A stretch of DNA of 64,000 bases from Dehalococcoidia bacterium (GTDB lineage: Bacteria > Chloroflexota > Dehalococcoidia > Plut-88900), in assembly GCA_965197645.1 (NCBI GenBank), contig OZ240219.1:928001-992000 (forward strand), given 5' to 3'. The translations under genes and the position numbers were made by a program. Every line of letters begins with the position of its first letter. Within the stretch, counting starts at the first letter, position 1. Of the stretch, positions 29,140 to 38,819 are shown piece after piece. A model generated the notes under the pieces. The model had not been told where the DNA came from. It was given only the letters and a program-made list of their open reading frames with translations, and searched no databases.

Positions 29140-29586
29140 TTAGTGAGTTTCGAAGTCGTTATACCTTGGAGCGGTACCCATACATATGATGGCGTAGTTC
29201 TCAAAAAGCGTCTGTTCCAATTGGTCTGGAATTGACACTGCCCTGAAAGTCATTGTACGTACTCTCTCACGCTGCCGACGGTACTCCTCTCTGTTTTCTC
29301 TTTCGATATCCTCTGTTCTACCCTTCGGATTATTCAGCAGTTCTCTCAATAGTTTGAAGGCGAAAGTAGCTGAATGTCGGTCTGAACTGTTTGCTCCATG
29401 CTCACGAATACGCCTTCGCATGTTGTTTGAACGGCCCACGTAAATGGGCTCGCCATTCTCATAAAAGACGTAGATTCCACGGTGAGGAGCTTCTCCATTG
29501 TCCTGCCATCTCAGCTCCGCGCTCTGTTCGAGTTGCTCCATCAGGGGTTTCACCCTTTCAACGGCCTTCCAAAAAACTGTGTCCAT
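29140..29586 (-). CDS. GIY-YIG nuclease family protein
   Basis: GIYVFYENGEPIYVGRSNNMRRRIREH..E..PRYN; lower GC than its flanks. Confidence 0.85.
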   Translation of the reverse strand: MDTVFWKAVERVKPLMEQLEQSAELRWQDNGEAPHRGIYVFYENGEPIYVGRSNNMRRRIREHGANSSDRHSATFAFKLLRELLNNPKGRTEDIERENREEYRRQRERVRTMTFRAVSIPDQLEQTLFENYAIICMGTAPRYNDFETH

Positions 29587-29693
29587 GTTATGCCAAGACT
29601 TCCCTTGCGGGGTGGAGGCTCTCGTTGATACCAGACGGATGCAACCTCTAGGGCTCGGGGCCGCCGTGGGGCTGGACGTTGACCAATTAAAGG

Positions 29694-31445
29694 TCAGTCG
29701 TCTTCGAGGGTGGAGGTGTCGCCCTCGGGCAGGCCGAGCTCCCGGGCTTTGAGGAGACGCCGCATGATCTTGCCGCTACGCGTCTTGGGCAACGAGTCGA
29801 TGAAGTCGATCTCCCTGGGCGCTACGCCCGCCGAAAGCTTCTTCCTGGAGAACTGGAGCAGCTCCCGGCGCAGCTTGTCAGACTGCTCGTAGCCGTCTTT
29901 CAGGGATACGAAGGCCTTGACTATCTCCATGGCGATAGGATCGGGCTTGCCGATGACCCCGGCCTCCGCCACGGCGGGGTGCTCGATGAGCGCGCTCTCC
30001 ACCTCGAAGGGGCCGACCAGATGGCCGGCGGTGTTGATCACGTCGTCTGCACGGCCGACAAACCAGAAGTAGCCATCCTCGTCCATGCGTGCCTTATCGC
30101 CCGTGATGTACCATCCGTTCTGGAACCGGGAGTTGTACATCTCCTCGTTGTGCCAGTAGGTCTTGAACATGGATGGCCAGCCGGGCTTGATTGCCAGGTG
30201 GCCTTCTTCGCCCACGGGAAGCTCTTCGTACTCTTCGCTGAGGATGGAGGCGGTGACCCCCGGGATGGGACGGCCCATCGAACCGACCTTGATGTCCTGA
30301 ACGGCGTAGTTTGATATCAGGATGGCCCCGGTCTCGGTTTGCCACCAGTTATCGTGGATGGGCATGTGGAAGGCCTCCATGCCCCAGTGGATGGCCTCCG
30401 GGTTGAGGGGCTCGCCGACGCTGGCGATGAACCTGAGGCTGCTCAGGTCATGCCGGTGGGCGACGTCCTCGCCGGCTTTCATAAGCATCCGAATGGCAGT
30501 GGGAGCAGTGTACCAGACTGTGACCTTGTACTTAGCGATGGTCCTGTACCAAGCGCCCGCCCCGAATCCGCCTTCGTAGATCACCTGGGTGACGCCGTTG
30601 GTCCAGGGGGCGGACATGCCGTAGGAGGTGCCGGTGACCCAGCCCGGGTCGGCGGTACACCAGTAGACGTCCTCTTCGTGGAAGTCCAATGCCCACTTGC
30701 CGGTGGCGTACTGCTGATAGGCGGCCCGATGGGCGTGGGCGGCTCCCTTGGGCTTGCCGGTGGTGCCCGAGGTGTAGTGCATTATGGAGTAGTCTTCCTC
30801 GGTGGTCTGGACGATGTCGAAATCGGGGGAGGCGTTGGCCATCACCTCTTCATAGCTGATGTCGTCGGGGTCCAGGGGCTCAGAGCTTCGATTGTTCTTG
30901 TTGACGATGATCACGTGCTTCAGGTCCGGCAGGTCGCCTAGCATGGAGGAGACCTTTGCCCGGAGCGCGGGGGTGGTGAACAGCACCTTGGCGCCGCTAT
31001 CCAGCATCCGGTCTTTGACCGGGTCCGGCCCGAAGGCAGAGAAGAGAGGGCCCGCTATGGCGCCTGCCTTCAGGATGCCGAAGAACCCGAAGTACAGCTC
31101 CGGGATCCGGTCCATGAAGATAAAGACCCGATCGCCCTTCTCGATACCCAGGTCCGCAAGTACGCTGGCGAACTTGTTGGACTCCTCTTTGAACTGCTGG
31201 AAGGTGTAGGTCTCCTGCTCTCCGTTGGAGCCCTCCCAGATCATGGCCGGCTTGTCCCTGCGAGACCCGTTGGCGTGCCGGTCCACCGCCTCATAGGCCA
31301 GGTTGAGACCGCCGCCCGGCAGCCCGTCAAGCTCGCTCTTGATGGTATCCCAGGAGAAGTCCTGGCGCATGGCGCCGTAGTCCTGGATGTTGGGCGTGAC
31401 CTCGATATCCTTGAGATCGGGTTTGGTGATGATGTCTTCGGCCAT
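29694..31445 (-). CDS. acsA: Acetate--CoA ligase (short AcsA type)
   Basis: ATG 31445 after GAGGAAG; YTSGTTGKPKG, WCTADPGWVTG, SVGEPLNP, DNWWQTETG, PKTRSGKIMRR. Confidence 0.93.
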   Translation of the reverse strand: MAEDIITKPDLKDIEVTPNIQDYGAMRQDFSWDTIKSELDGLPGGGLNLAYEAVDRHANGSRRDKPAMIWEGSNGEQETYTFQQFKEESNKFASVLADLGIEKGDRVFIFMDRIPELYFGFFGILKAGAIAGPLFSAFGPDPVKDRMLDSGAKVLFTTPALRAKVSSMLGDLPDLKHVIIVNKNNRSSEPLDPDDISYEEVMANASPDFDIVQTTEEDYSIMHYTSGTTGKPKGAAHAHRAAYQQYATGKWALDFHEEDVYWCTADPGWVTGTSYGMSAPWTNGVTQVIYEGGFGAGAWYRTIAKYKVTVWYTAPTAIRMLMKAGEDVAHRHDLSSLRFIASVGEPLNPEAIHWGMEAFHMPIHDNWWQTETGAILISNYAVQDIKVGSMGRPIPGVTASILSEEYEELPVGEEGHLAIKPGWPSMFKTYWHNEEMYNSRFQNGWYITGDKARMDEDGYFWFVGRADDVINTAGHLVGPFEVESALIEHPAVAEAGVIGKPDPIAMEIVKAFVSLKDGYEQSDKLRRELLQFSRKKLSAGVAPREIDFIDSLPKTRSGKIMRRLLKARELGLPEGDTSTLEDD

Positions 31446-31580
31446 GATTACTTCCTCCCTCAATGGCGCTTCTTCTCCCGAAGACCGGACCGGCCTCGAA
31501 GGGGAAGAAGGTTCCGGTATGAGCTTGGACGACCCCAAATTTATAACAAGGGCGGGAAGTAGTCAATTTGGGGGTGGAGA

Positions 31581-32732
31581 TTATCCTGGAGACTCAGCTC
31601 TATCAATGGCCTCCAGCAGTTCATTAGCAATGAACAGGCGCGGCCATGTGCCTGGCATCTCTTCCACAACGCCGGCATCTTTCAGTCTGTAGAGCACCCC
31701 TCTTGCTCCGGCACGAGAGATACCCAAAACCTTTGACGCTGTAGGTATCGTCGTTACGGGTGATGCGAAGAGCTCCTCCGTCAAACGAAGCGCATTCGCA
31801 GATTCCCGACGTTCCTGGAGCTTATGCCGGTACTGCTCCTCAAGTTGTCGGATGCTCCGAACTCGTTTGAGTGCGTCCTGGGCTTGTTCGATGACTCCGT
31901 TCAAGAAATAGCCTATCCACTCCTCCCAATCACCGGTTGCGCTGAGGTTGTACAGCTGGTCGTAATACATGCTACGGTCCCGCTCGAAGTAGGCACTTAG
32001 ATACAGAAGAGGTGTGGGCAGTATCTTCTTCGAACAAAGATACAGAATGATCAACAAGCGCCCTATTCGTCCGTTGCCATCCAGGTATGGATGAATTGCC
32101 TCAAACTGATAGTGAAGGAGCGCACATTGAGCCAATGGGGGCAACACCGAATGCTCTTCATTGGCAAACTTCTCCAAATCAAGAACTAAGCCCCTGACCA
32201 TGGCCGGGGGCGGTGGGACAAATCGTGCCTTTTCTATTCGGGCGCCTTCCGGACCTATCCATACCTGTTCGTTACGCAGAGCACCGGGACGTTTGTCTTT
32301 GCCTCGCACACCTTCCAACAATTTTGCATGCATTTCGTTCATGAGACGATGAGATATTGGAAGCCGGTCCAACTCCGAAATGCCCAGCTCAAGCGCGAGG
32401 ATGTAGTTGACCACCTCTGTGACATCCCGACTAATAACGCCTGAGGCTTCATACGTGAATACGTCCGACAAAGACGCTTGCGTACCTTCAATTCTGGACG
32501 AAAGGACTGCCTCTCGGCGCATGAACGGCCTAATCAACAGATGAGGATTAGGGATTGTCTCCCCAACGCCGGCAAGCATCGCAACAGCCCTGGACGCTTC
32601 GTCAAGGCGATACACGAGAGCTGGGCTGAGGTCCAGTTGACGAGGTATGCGGTCAGGCACATACGCATGCTCACCACCAATGGTCGGCACAATCTTGCCG
32701 ATGGGGCTCTTTCTTAGCTCTTTTACTTTCAT
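31581..32732 (-). CDS. Fic family protein with N-terminal DUF4172-type region and C-terminal HTH
   Basis: EAVLSSRIEGT, HYQFEAIHPYLDGNGRIGR Fic motif; lower GC. Confidence 0.92.
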   Translation of the reverse strand: MKVKELRKSPIGKIVPTIGGEHAYVPDRIPRQLDLSPALVYRLDEASRAVAMLAGVGETIPNPHLLIRPFMRREAVLSSRIEGTQASLSDVFTYEASGVISRDVTEVVNYILALELGISELDRLPISHRLMNEMHAKLLEGVRGKDKRPGALRNEQVWIGPEGARIEKARFVPPPPAMVRGLVLDLEKFANEEHSVLPPLAQCALLHYQFEAIHPYLDGNGRIGRLLIILYLCSKKILPTPLLYLSAYFERDRSMYYDQLYNLSATGDWEEWIGYFLNGVIEQAQDALKRVRSIRQLEEQYRHKLQERRESANALRLTEELFASPVTTIPTASKVLGISRAGARGVLYRLKDAGVVEEMPGTWPRLFIANELLEAIDRAESPG

Positions 32733-32798
32733 CGCAATTGAAACTCCAGTTACGATTTTACACCGAATAGAAACTTTTAGGCCAAATAGTATCAAATG

Positions 32799-32941
32799 GA
32801 GCTTGTCTCAAAAGTACAGACGTCTTAGTCCCAACCGCCCGCCCTCGGAAGGTTTTGTAGCTGGGGGAACATCCCCCAGGCCCCCCGCCAGAGGGAAGTT
32901 TCCCTCTGGACTCTCTCAAAGCAGGGTTCTGAGACAGACTC
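32799..32941 (+). repeat. MITE-like intergenic repeat, family A copy 2
   Basis: TIRs GAGCTTGTCTCAAAA / TTCTGAGACAGACTC; core as in 7439-7643; hairpins GGGGGAACATCCCCC and CCAGAGGGAAGTTTCCCTCTGG. Confidence 0.75.
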
Positions 32942-33005
32942 AATTACAAAGTATTTGAAAGTTGAGTTTCAAAACGCAAGTTGTTGAGGGTACCTCTACT
33001 GGATA

Positions 33006-33021
33006 ACACTACATGTAGTGG
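33006..33021. promoter_or_regulatory. Perfect palindrome resembling an NrdR box
   Basis: CACTACATGTAGTG (33007-33020); two mismatches to the acaCwAtATaTwGtg consensus. Confidence 0.35.
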
Positions 33022-33200
33022 TCACAACGCATCATTATTCATTGCGCCGTCACATAAGATGCTCCGCAACTTTAACTTTAGAGCTAACGTGGCCACCACA
33101 GTGACCAGCTACCGAACCGCTTGACAATCCGTTGCCCAAAGGATATATGGGTACACACAATTGGAGGAAACGATAGTGCGATCTCGGGAGGTACGGAAAG

Positions 33201-33938
33201 ATGGCCGAGGAGATCACCACTTCCACCGTTAGCTTTGCATCCAATGGCGAAAGCGTGGACGCCTACCTGGCGCGCCCATCGAGAGGAGGCCCTCACCCCG
33301 GCCTGATTGTAATCCAGGAGTGGTGGGGAGTGGACGCCCACATCAAGGACGTGACCGATAGGTTCGCCCGCGAGGGATACGCCAGCGCCGCGGTAGACCT
33401 CTACTGCCATTTCGACACCAGGATCACCGAAGACGCCGACGAGGCCGCGGACCTCGCCGGAAGACTGGCCTATGACTCCGCTATGCGAGACCTGGCCGCC
33501 GGCGTGGAGTACCTGAAAAGCTCGGATATAGTGGGGGACAAGCCTGTTGGGGTGGTGGGGTACTGCCTGGGTGGGAGCTATTCGCTGCTTATGGCCTGCA
33601 AGAATCGAGACATAGCCGCTGCCGTGGCCTACTACGGTCAGATAGTCAACGATCAGCTGACTGACGAGAACCCGGTCAACCCCATCGACGAGGTCCCTCA
33701 GATGGGCTGCCCTCTGTTCTTCGTTCACGCCGGCGCCGACGAGTACATCACGCTGGACCATGCCAACCGGCTACGGGACGCCATGCAGGCCGCGAGCAAG
33801 GAAGGAGAGGTCAGGAGCTACCAGGGGGCTCCTCACGCCTTCTTCAACGATGCTCACCCGGAGGTCTACCGCGCCAAGGAGGCCCAGGACACCTGGAAAC
33901 GCACCCTCGCCTTCTTCCAGCGGCACCTGGGAGGCTGA
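33201..33938 (+). CDS. Dienelactone hydrolase family protein
   Basis: VIQEWWG, VGYCLGG, YYG, HAGADEYI, APHAFFND; TTGACA-17-TATATG at 33121-33149. Confidence 0.92.
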   Translation: MAEEITTSTVSFASNGESVDAYLARPSRGGPHPGLIVIQEWWGVDAHIKDVTDRFAREGYASAAVDLYCHFDTRITEDADEAADLAGRLAYDSAMRDLAAGVEYLKSSDIVGDKPVGVVGYCLGGSYSLLMACKNRDIAAAVAYYGQIVNDQLTDENPVNPIDEVPQMGCPLFFVHAGADEYITLDHANRLRDAMQAASKEGEVRSYQGAPHAFFNDAHPEVYRAKEAQDTWKRTLAFFQRHLGG

Positions 33939-34095
33939 GCCTATCCTCCACTCCTCCACCCCCGCCAAGCCCTATCCTTCGGAGCTACCGCTCGTTACAT
34001 CTAGAGGGCGAAGTGAGTGCACGCCCTGGATTGTGAATCCAGGGACAAAAGCTTGCTATATCAATAGGCCCATGCGATAATTGGCGGCGATTGTC

Positions 34096-34455
34096 ATGAG
34101 ACGACTGCTAGACACCGCGAAAAACATACGGCTGGCTTGGCGCCTGTTCTGGGATTCCAGGGTGCCCCTTTTCCTCAAGCTGGCCGTTCCCCTGGCCATG
34201 AGCTACATAGCGTGGCCCATAGACCTGATACGGGACTTCGTTGGGATACCCCTCCTCGGCAGGATAGACGACCTGGTAATCTTCTCCCTGGCCATAATAA
34301 TATTCGTCAGGCTGGCGCCGCCTCAGATAGTACGGGAGCACCGGGAATCGATCTGGGGCACGAGCCTGGACGAAGGAGACAAGGTCACGGAAGCCGAGTA
34401 TCGCATAGTGGACGAGGAAGAGAAGGAAGAGGCGGAGAACCACAAGGCGGCTTAG
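34096..34455 (+). CDS. YkvA/DUF1232 membrane protein
   Basis: DSRVPLFLK..YIAWPIDLIRDF..LGRIDDL; alternative TTG start 34081. Confidence 0.85.
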   Translation: MRRLLDTAKNIRLAWRLFWDSRVPLFLKLAVPLAMSYIAWPIDLIRDFVGIPLLGRIDDLVIFSLAIIIFVRLAPPQIVREHRESIWGTSLDEGDKVTEAEYRIVDEEEKEEAENHKAA

Positions 34456-34522
34456 CATTACCTCGATGTAACCCGAGGTCGCGTCGACCTCGAATAGCGA
34501 AAACAGATTAGGAGAATAGACC

Positions 34523-35644
34523 ATGGCCCGTAGACCCACCGGCGGTGGCGACTTCGATAGGATGCTCGAGCAATTCGGGCCCGCCGCCCGTAACCTGTCC
34601 AGACGCTTCCGGGGCCTGGGCGGACTCGTAGTAGTTCTTGTTATTGGTCTCATCGTCATCATATGGCTGGCCACGGGCATCTACCAGGTGGACACCGGAC
34701 AGATGGGCGTGGTGCGGAGGTTTGGTAGAGAGGTAGGGACCACGGATCCCGGACTGCACTGGCACTGGCCAACGCCGATAGAGAAAGTAGATAAGGTCAG
34801 GGTAGAAGAGATACGGCGGCTGGAGGTTGGTTTCCGTGTAGTGGACCCAGGCCCTCCCGCCACCATTACTCCCTTCCCCGTCGAATCGTTGATGGTCACG
34901 GGTGACGAGAACCTGGTGGACGTGAAGATGGCGATCCAGGCCAGGATCATCCGCGGCCGGGTGGGAGGCAGCGAGCGGGAAGAAGCGTACGGAGTACCTG
35001 ACAGAAGCCGAGGAGCGTCCGCCTTCCTGTTCAACGTCTTCGATCCCCAGGGTTCGCCCGACCAGGTGACCCTCAGGGACGCCGCCGAGACCGCCCTCAG
35101 GCAGGTGGTAGGCGAGAGCAGTCTGGACGAAGTCTTGACTGAAGAACGTAGCGCCATTGAAGACGAGGTCCGGGCCATACTGACCGAACTTATGACTATA
35201 TACGGCACCGGTCTGGAGATCGTCCAGGTACAGATACAGTCGGTGGACCCGCCCAGCCAGGTACAGGCCGCGTTCGACGACGTGGTTGCGGCAAAAGAGG
35301 ACAGGGTCAGGCTCATCAACCAGGCCAACGCCTATCGGAACGACATCGTCCCGAAGGCCAGGGGTGAAGCCGAACGGATCATCCTGGACGCAGAGGCGAA
35401 GCAGAGACAGAGAATTAACGAGTCCCTGGGTCAGGCGGCCAGTTTCGAGGCCATCCTGATCCAGTACCGCCTGGCGCCCCTGGTGACTCGACAGAGGCTG
35501 TACCTGGAGACCATCGAACAGGTGCTGGCGTCGACCCAGGAGTTCGTACTCGGACAGGGCGCCGGCCAACAGCTACTGCCCATTCTGGACCTGGGGGGAG
35601 ATTCGTCCGACATTCAGACGCAGGCGGCAGCCGGATCCCAGTAG
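34523..35644 (+). CDS. hflK: FtsH modulator HflK
   Basis: TM helix, GIYQVD..VVRRFG..PGLHWHWPTPIE, LMVTGDENLVDV, AFDDVVAA, PKARGEA, RQRLYLETIE. Confidence 0.93.
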   Translation: MARRPTGGGDFDRMLEQFGPAARNLSRRFRGLGGLVVVLVIGLIVIIWLATGIYQVDTGQMGVVRRFGREVGTTDPGLHWHWPTPIEKVDKVRVEEIRRLEVGFRVVDPGPPATITPFPVESLMVTGDENLVDVKMAIQARIIRGRVGGSEREEAYGVPDRSRGASAFLFNVFDPQGSPDQVTLRDAAETALRQVVGESSLDEVLTEERSAIEDEVRAILTELMTIYGTGLEIVQVQIQSVDPPSQVQAAFDDVVAAKEDRVRLINQANAYRNDIVPKARGEAERIILDAEAKQRQRINESLGQAASFEAILIQYRLAPLVTRQRLYLETIEQVLASTQEFVLGQGAGQQLLPILDLGGDSSDIQTQAAAGSQ

Positions 35645-35681
35645 ACACAATCCAACAATCTGAGCATAGGAGCGTTAACAG

Positions 35682-37013
35682 ATGCCTGGAGGCATAAAGA
35701 CAGTAATCGGGCTAGTCGTACTGGTGATACTGGCGTTCATTCTCATACCCCAGATATTCTTCACCGTGGACGAGACCAACCAAGCACTGGTCCTTCGGTT
35801 TGGAGAGTTCCAGAGGACCAAGACCTCGCCGGGGCTCAGCGTGAAGGTCCCCTTCATAGAGACCGTGACCAAGTATGACAAGCGGTTGTTGCGTTTCGAT
35901 GCTCCACCGGAGACCCTCATTACCCTGGACAAGAAGAACCTGATCATCGATGCCTATGCCCGGTACAGGATTACCGATGCCAAGGTGTTCTTCGAGACGG
36001 TGCAGGACGAGGCGGGGGCCGACTCCAGGGTTCGTGACATCATCTCCGGTGAGCTGAAGAAGCAGATCGCCTCGTTCAACCAGTCAGAGATAATCTTGAC
36101 TCAACGCGCTACCGGGGAAGTCGATGGCGTGCCCACAATTGTCCAGTCCGTCAGGGACGACAGTCGTGTCAAGGCCAGGGCCCTCGGTGTAGAGATCATC
36201 GATATCAGGATCAAACGCGCCGACTTCACCGACCCGATTCAGCAGAGCATCTTCCAGAGGATGAATGCCGAACGCCAACAGGAGGCCGCCCTGTTCCGAG
36301 CCGAAGGAGCCGAGTTCGATTTCCGAATTCGAGCTACGGCCGACCGGACCCGCACGATCACCATCGCCAACGCCCAGAGGGACGCCGACATCATCAACGG
36401 TTGCGGAGAGTCCGTGGCGGTGAAGATCTTCGCCAGCGCGTTCAACCAAGACCCCGAGTTCTTCAACTTCCTGCGGAGCCTGGAAGCCTATACTGGGGCC
36501 CTGGGTAGCCAGGACACGCTGGTCATACCGGTCAACTCGGAGTTCTTCCGCTATCTGACCGATTTCTCGGGCGTCCTGGATGGAGAGCTTCCGGCGGGCT
36601 CCCCGCTGGGAGACGCGCCGGCTGTCGATATCGGTTCCATCACCGGTAGCGGCGAGTCCATCGTAGCCCAGTACACCCAGGACAGAATCAACGAGTTGAT
36701 TCGCGAGTGCGAAGAGCCCAGCGGCTTCATCAAGCTGTTCAGCGGCATTATCGAAAACGTAGAGGTAATCTCGGTGTTCGAGGCCGGATTGACGACAACC
36801 GACATCGTCTGGACCGTCGGAGGTGAGGAGTTGACTCTAAACGACCTTGAAACGGTCATACTGGGAGACGACGCGCTCAGGACTCTGACACCCAGCGGCA
36901 TCAGGTTGGACGACGTGGAGGGACGTGAGGTGGACGTGGTTGCACGGAGAGAGCCGCAGCTGACCGAGACGGGTCAGCGGATACGGCTGGCAGTGGAGAT
37001 CAACTTCCGCTAA
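35682..37013 (+). CDS. hflC: FtsH modulator HflC with long C-terminal extension
   Basis: FFTVDET.QALVLRFG, DKKNLIIDAY, DIRIKRAD, RMNAER, DPEFFNFLRSLEAY; about 150 extra residues follow. Confidence 0.9.
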   Translation: MPGGIKTVIGLVVLVILAFILIPQIFFTVDETNQALVLRFGEFQRTKTSPGLSVKVPFIETVTKYDKRLLRFDAPPETLITLDKKNLIIDAYARYRITDAKVFFETVQDEAGADSRVRDIISGELKKQIASFNQSEIILTQRATGEVDGVPTIVQSVRDDSRVKARALGVEIIDIRIKRADFTDPIQQSIFQRMNAERQQEAALFRAEGAEFDFRIRATADRTRTITIANAQRDADIINGCGESVAVKIFASAFNQDPEFFNFLRSLEAYTGALGSQDTLVIPVNSEFFRYLTDFSGVLDGELPAGSPLGDAPAVDIGSITGSGESIVAQYTQDRINELIRECEEPSGFIKLFSGIIENVEVISVFEAGLTTTDIVWTVGGEELTLNDLETVILGDDALRTLTPSGIRLDDVEGREVDVVARREPQLTETGQRIRLAVEINFR

Positions 37014-37045
37014 GAGCGTAACCCAACAGATTGAGAATGAAAGTA

Positions 37046-37085
37046 GGGGCGGGCCGGTTCAATCGGCCCGCCCCGGATGCTTTTG
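37046..37085. terminator. Strong hairpin between the convergent hflC and DUF951 genes
   Basis: GGGGCGGGCCG-GTTCAAT-CGGCCCGCCCC, 11-bp stem. Confidence 0.65.
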
Positions 37086-37101
37086 TGCCGGCGGCCATCG
37101 C

Positions 37102-37293
37102 TCAACCGATCGCAGTCACGAAGTCCTTGAAACGTTTCTCGAAGACGGATCGCCTCAGCAGTATCCTGTGCTTACAGGTATTGCAGTGCAGGCCTATGTC
37201 CGCTCCAACACGGGAAACGGTCCACTCCCGGCTGCCGCACGGGTGAGGTTTCTTGAGCTGCACTACGTTGCCAATTTTTACGTCGATAGCCAT
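37102..37293 (-). CDS. DUF951 small protein
   Basis: VQLKKPHPCGSREW..RVGADIGLHCNTCKHRILLRR..FEK. Confidence 0.9.
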   Translation of the reverse strand: MAIDVKIGNVVQLKKPHPCGSREWTVSRVGADIGLHCNTCKHRILLRRSVFEKRFKDFVTAIG

Positions 37294-38103
37294 CTAGCGG
37301 GCCCGTCTATAGACGTTTATCCGATCGCGGAGCTCTTGTGCCGCCTTCCTGGCTGCATCAGCGAAATCGGGACCGCCGGAAGCGTAGATTATGCCCCTGG
37401 ATGCCGAGATGATAGCCCGCTGTCCCTCACTATCAACACCGTTGGCTACGGAGGCCTCCAGATCGCCGCCCTGGGCGCCCACGCCGGGTATGAGGATGGG
37501 CATGCCGGGACAGACGTCCCTTATTTCCTTGAGGTCCCCTGGATACGTGGCGCCGACCACCAGCCCGACGTTGCCCGAGGTGTTCCACTCGTTAGCTTTA
37601 GATGCCACGGCCTGAAAAACGGACCGGTTGTCATCGATGGAGAGGTCCTGGAAGTCCCCAGCTCCGGGGTTGGAGCTGCGACACCAGACCAGCACGCCTC
37701 TATCGGCGTAATCGAGAAACGGTTGCAACGAGTCGTGGCCACCCCAGGCGTTGACAGTGGCGCCATCGAAGCCCCACACGTCGAAGAGGGCCTTGGCGTA
37801 GGCTTGGGCGGTGTTGCCCACGTCTCCCCGCTTGGCATCACCGATGACGATCAGGCCCGGAGCTCTCTCTCGTATGTACTCTACCGTCCCTTCCAGGGCT
37901 TTCAGACCGTCTATCCCCGAAGCCTCGTAGAAGGCCAGGTTGGGCTTGTAGGCGCATACGAGGTCGCGAGTGGCGTCTATGATGGCCCTGTTGAACGCCA
38001 GGATGTCGCGGACCGGCATGCGATCGGGGTCAGGGTCCAGACCAACGCATAGGAGGCTATCGTTTGAGAGGGAGGCGGACAGCAGCTTGTCCAGGAACTT
38101 CAT
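37294..38103 (-). CDS. pyrF: Orotidine-5'-phosphate decarboxylase
   Basis: LCVGLDP, YKPNLAFYE, DAKRGDVGNT, SNPGA, VVGATYP, PGVGAQGG. Confidence 0.96.
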   Translation of the reverse strand: MKFLDKLLSASLSNDSLLCVGLDPDPDRMPVRDILAFNRAIIDATRDLVCAYKPNLAFYEASGIDGLKALEGTVEYIRERAPGLIVIGDAKRGDVGNTAQAYAKALFDVWGFDGATVNAWGGHDSLQPFLDYADRGVLVWCRSSNPGAGDFQDLSIDDNRSVFQAVASKANEWNTSGNVGLVVGATYPGDLKEIRDVCPGMPILIPGVGAQGGDLEASVANGVDSEGQRAIISASRGIIYASGGPDFADAARKAAQELRDRINVYRRAR

Positions 38104-38193
38104 GGCGCGGTTAGAATATCACAGTAAATGTGGTAGCATTACCCCTTGACCGGATAACCGGAATCCAGTATATTGGGAATACGGGAGGATGTG

Positions 38194-38520
38194 ATGGCGA
38201 AGAAAAAGACCCCAAAAAGGACTAAACAGGTAAAAGAGACGGCTACCAGCTACCTGGTCAAGGTCGCCGATAGGGGCGTGGTAACCCTGCCAGCGGCTAT
38301 CCGGCGCGCCACCGACATCGAGAAAGGGGACTTCCTGGAGCTGGTTGTTGAGGGGAGAGAGATACGAGCATTGCCCAAGAAGCTGGTGGATAAGGACCAG
38401 GCCTATTTCTGGAGCCGGGAGTGGCAGGAGGGCGAGCGCGAGGCAGAAGAAGACATCAACCAGGGCCGGGTAGAGGATTTCGACTCCGTCGATGAGCTCC
38501 TCGAAGAGCTGAGCTCCTAG
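38194..38520 (+). CDS. AbrB/MazE/SpoVT family antitoxin
   Basis: RGVVTLPAAIRRATDIEKGDFLEL; DQAYFWSREWQEGEREAEEDI. Confidence 0.85.
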   Translation: MAKKKTPKRTKQVKETATSYLVKVADRGVVTLPAAIRRATDIEKGDFLELVVEGREIRALPKKLVDKDQAYFWSREWQEGEREAEEDINQGRVEDFDSVDELLEELSS

Positions 38521-38533
38521 GCGGCGATGTCCG

Positions 38534-38809
38534 GTGGCCGAGGTCGAATGGCGCATCGCCAGGACCAATAGATTCAAAAAAGCCTTCGTGAAGCTGACGG
38601 TTCGAGACCGAGAAGCGGTGGGCAAGGCCCTTCGTCAACTGGTGGCGGACCCAAGGCATCCCGGTCTTCGAGTGAAGAAGATGGAGGGGGCCGAGGGGAT
38701 CTGGGAAGCCAGGGCCGGCCGCTCCATACGCATCACCTTTGAAATCCGAGGTCGGGCCTTCCTCCTGAGAAACGTAGGGGAGCACGATAGAGCGCTGGGT
38801 AGTCCCTGA
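38534..38809 (+). CDS. RelE/ParE-superfamily toxin
   Basis: RTNRFKKAF..HPGLRVKKMEG..IWEAR..IRITF..LRNVGEHD; follows the AbrB gene. Confidence 0.8.
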   Translation: MAEVEWRIARTNRFKKAFVKLTVRDREAVGKALRQLVADPRHPGLRVKKMEGAEGIWEARAGRSIRITFEIRGRAFLLRNVGEHDRALGSP

Positions 38810-38819
38810 CCACAGGGCG

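Noticed and set aside
31581-33150. fic region as an integrative element or prophage
   Set aside because: No integrase, tRNA, att-like repeats or phage genes seen; only a MITE-like copy
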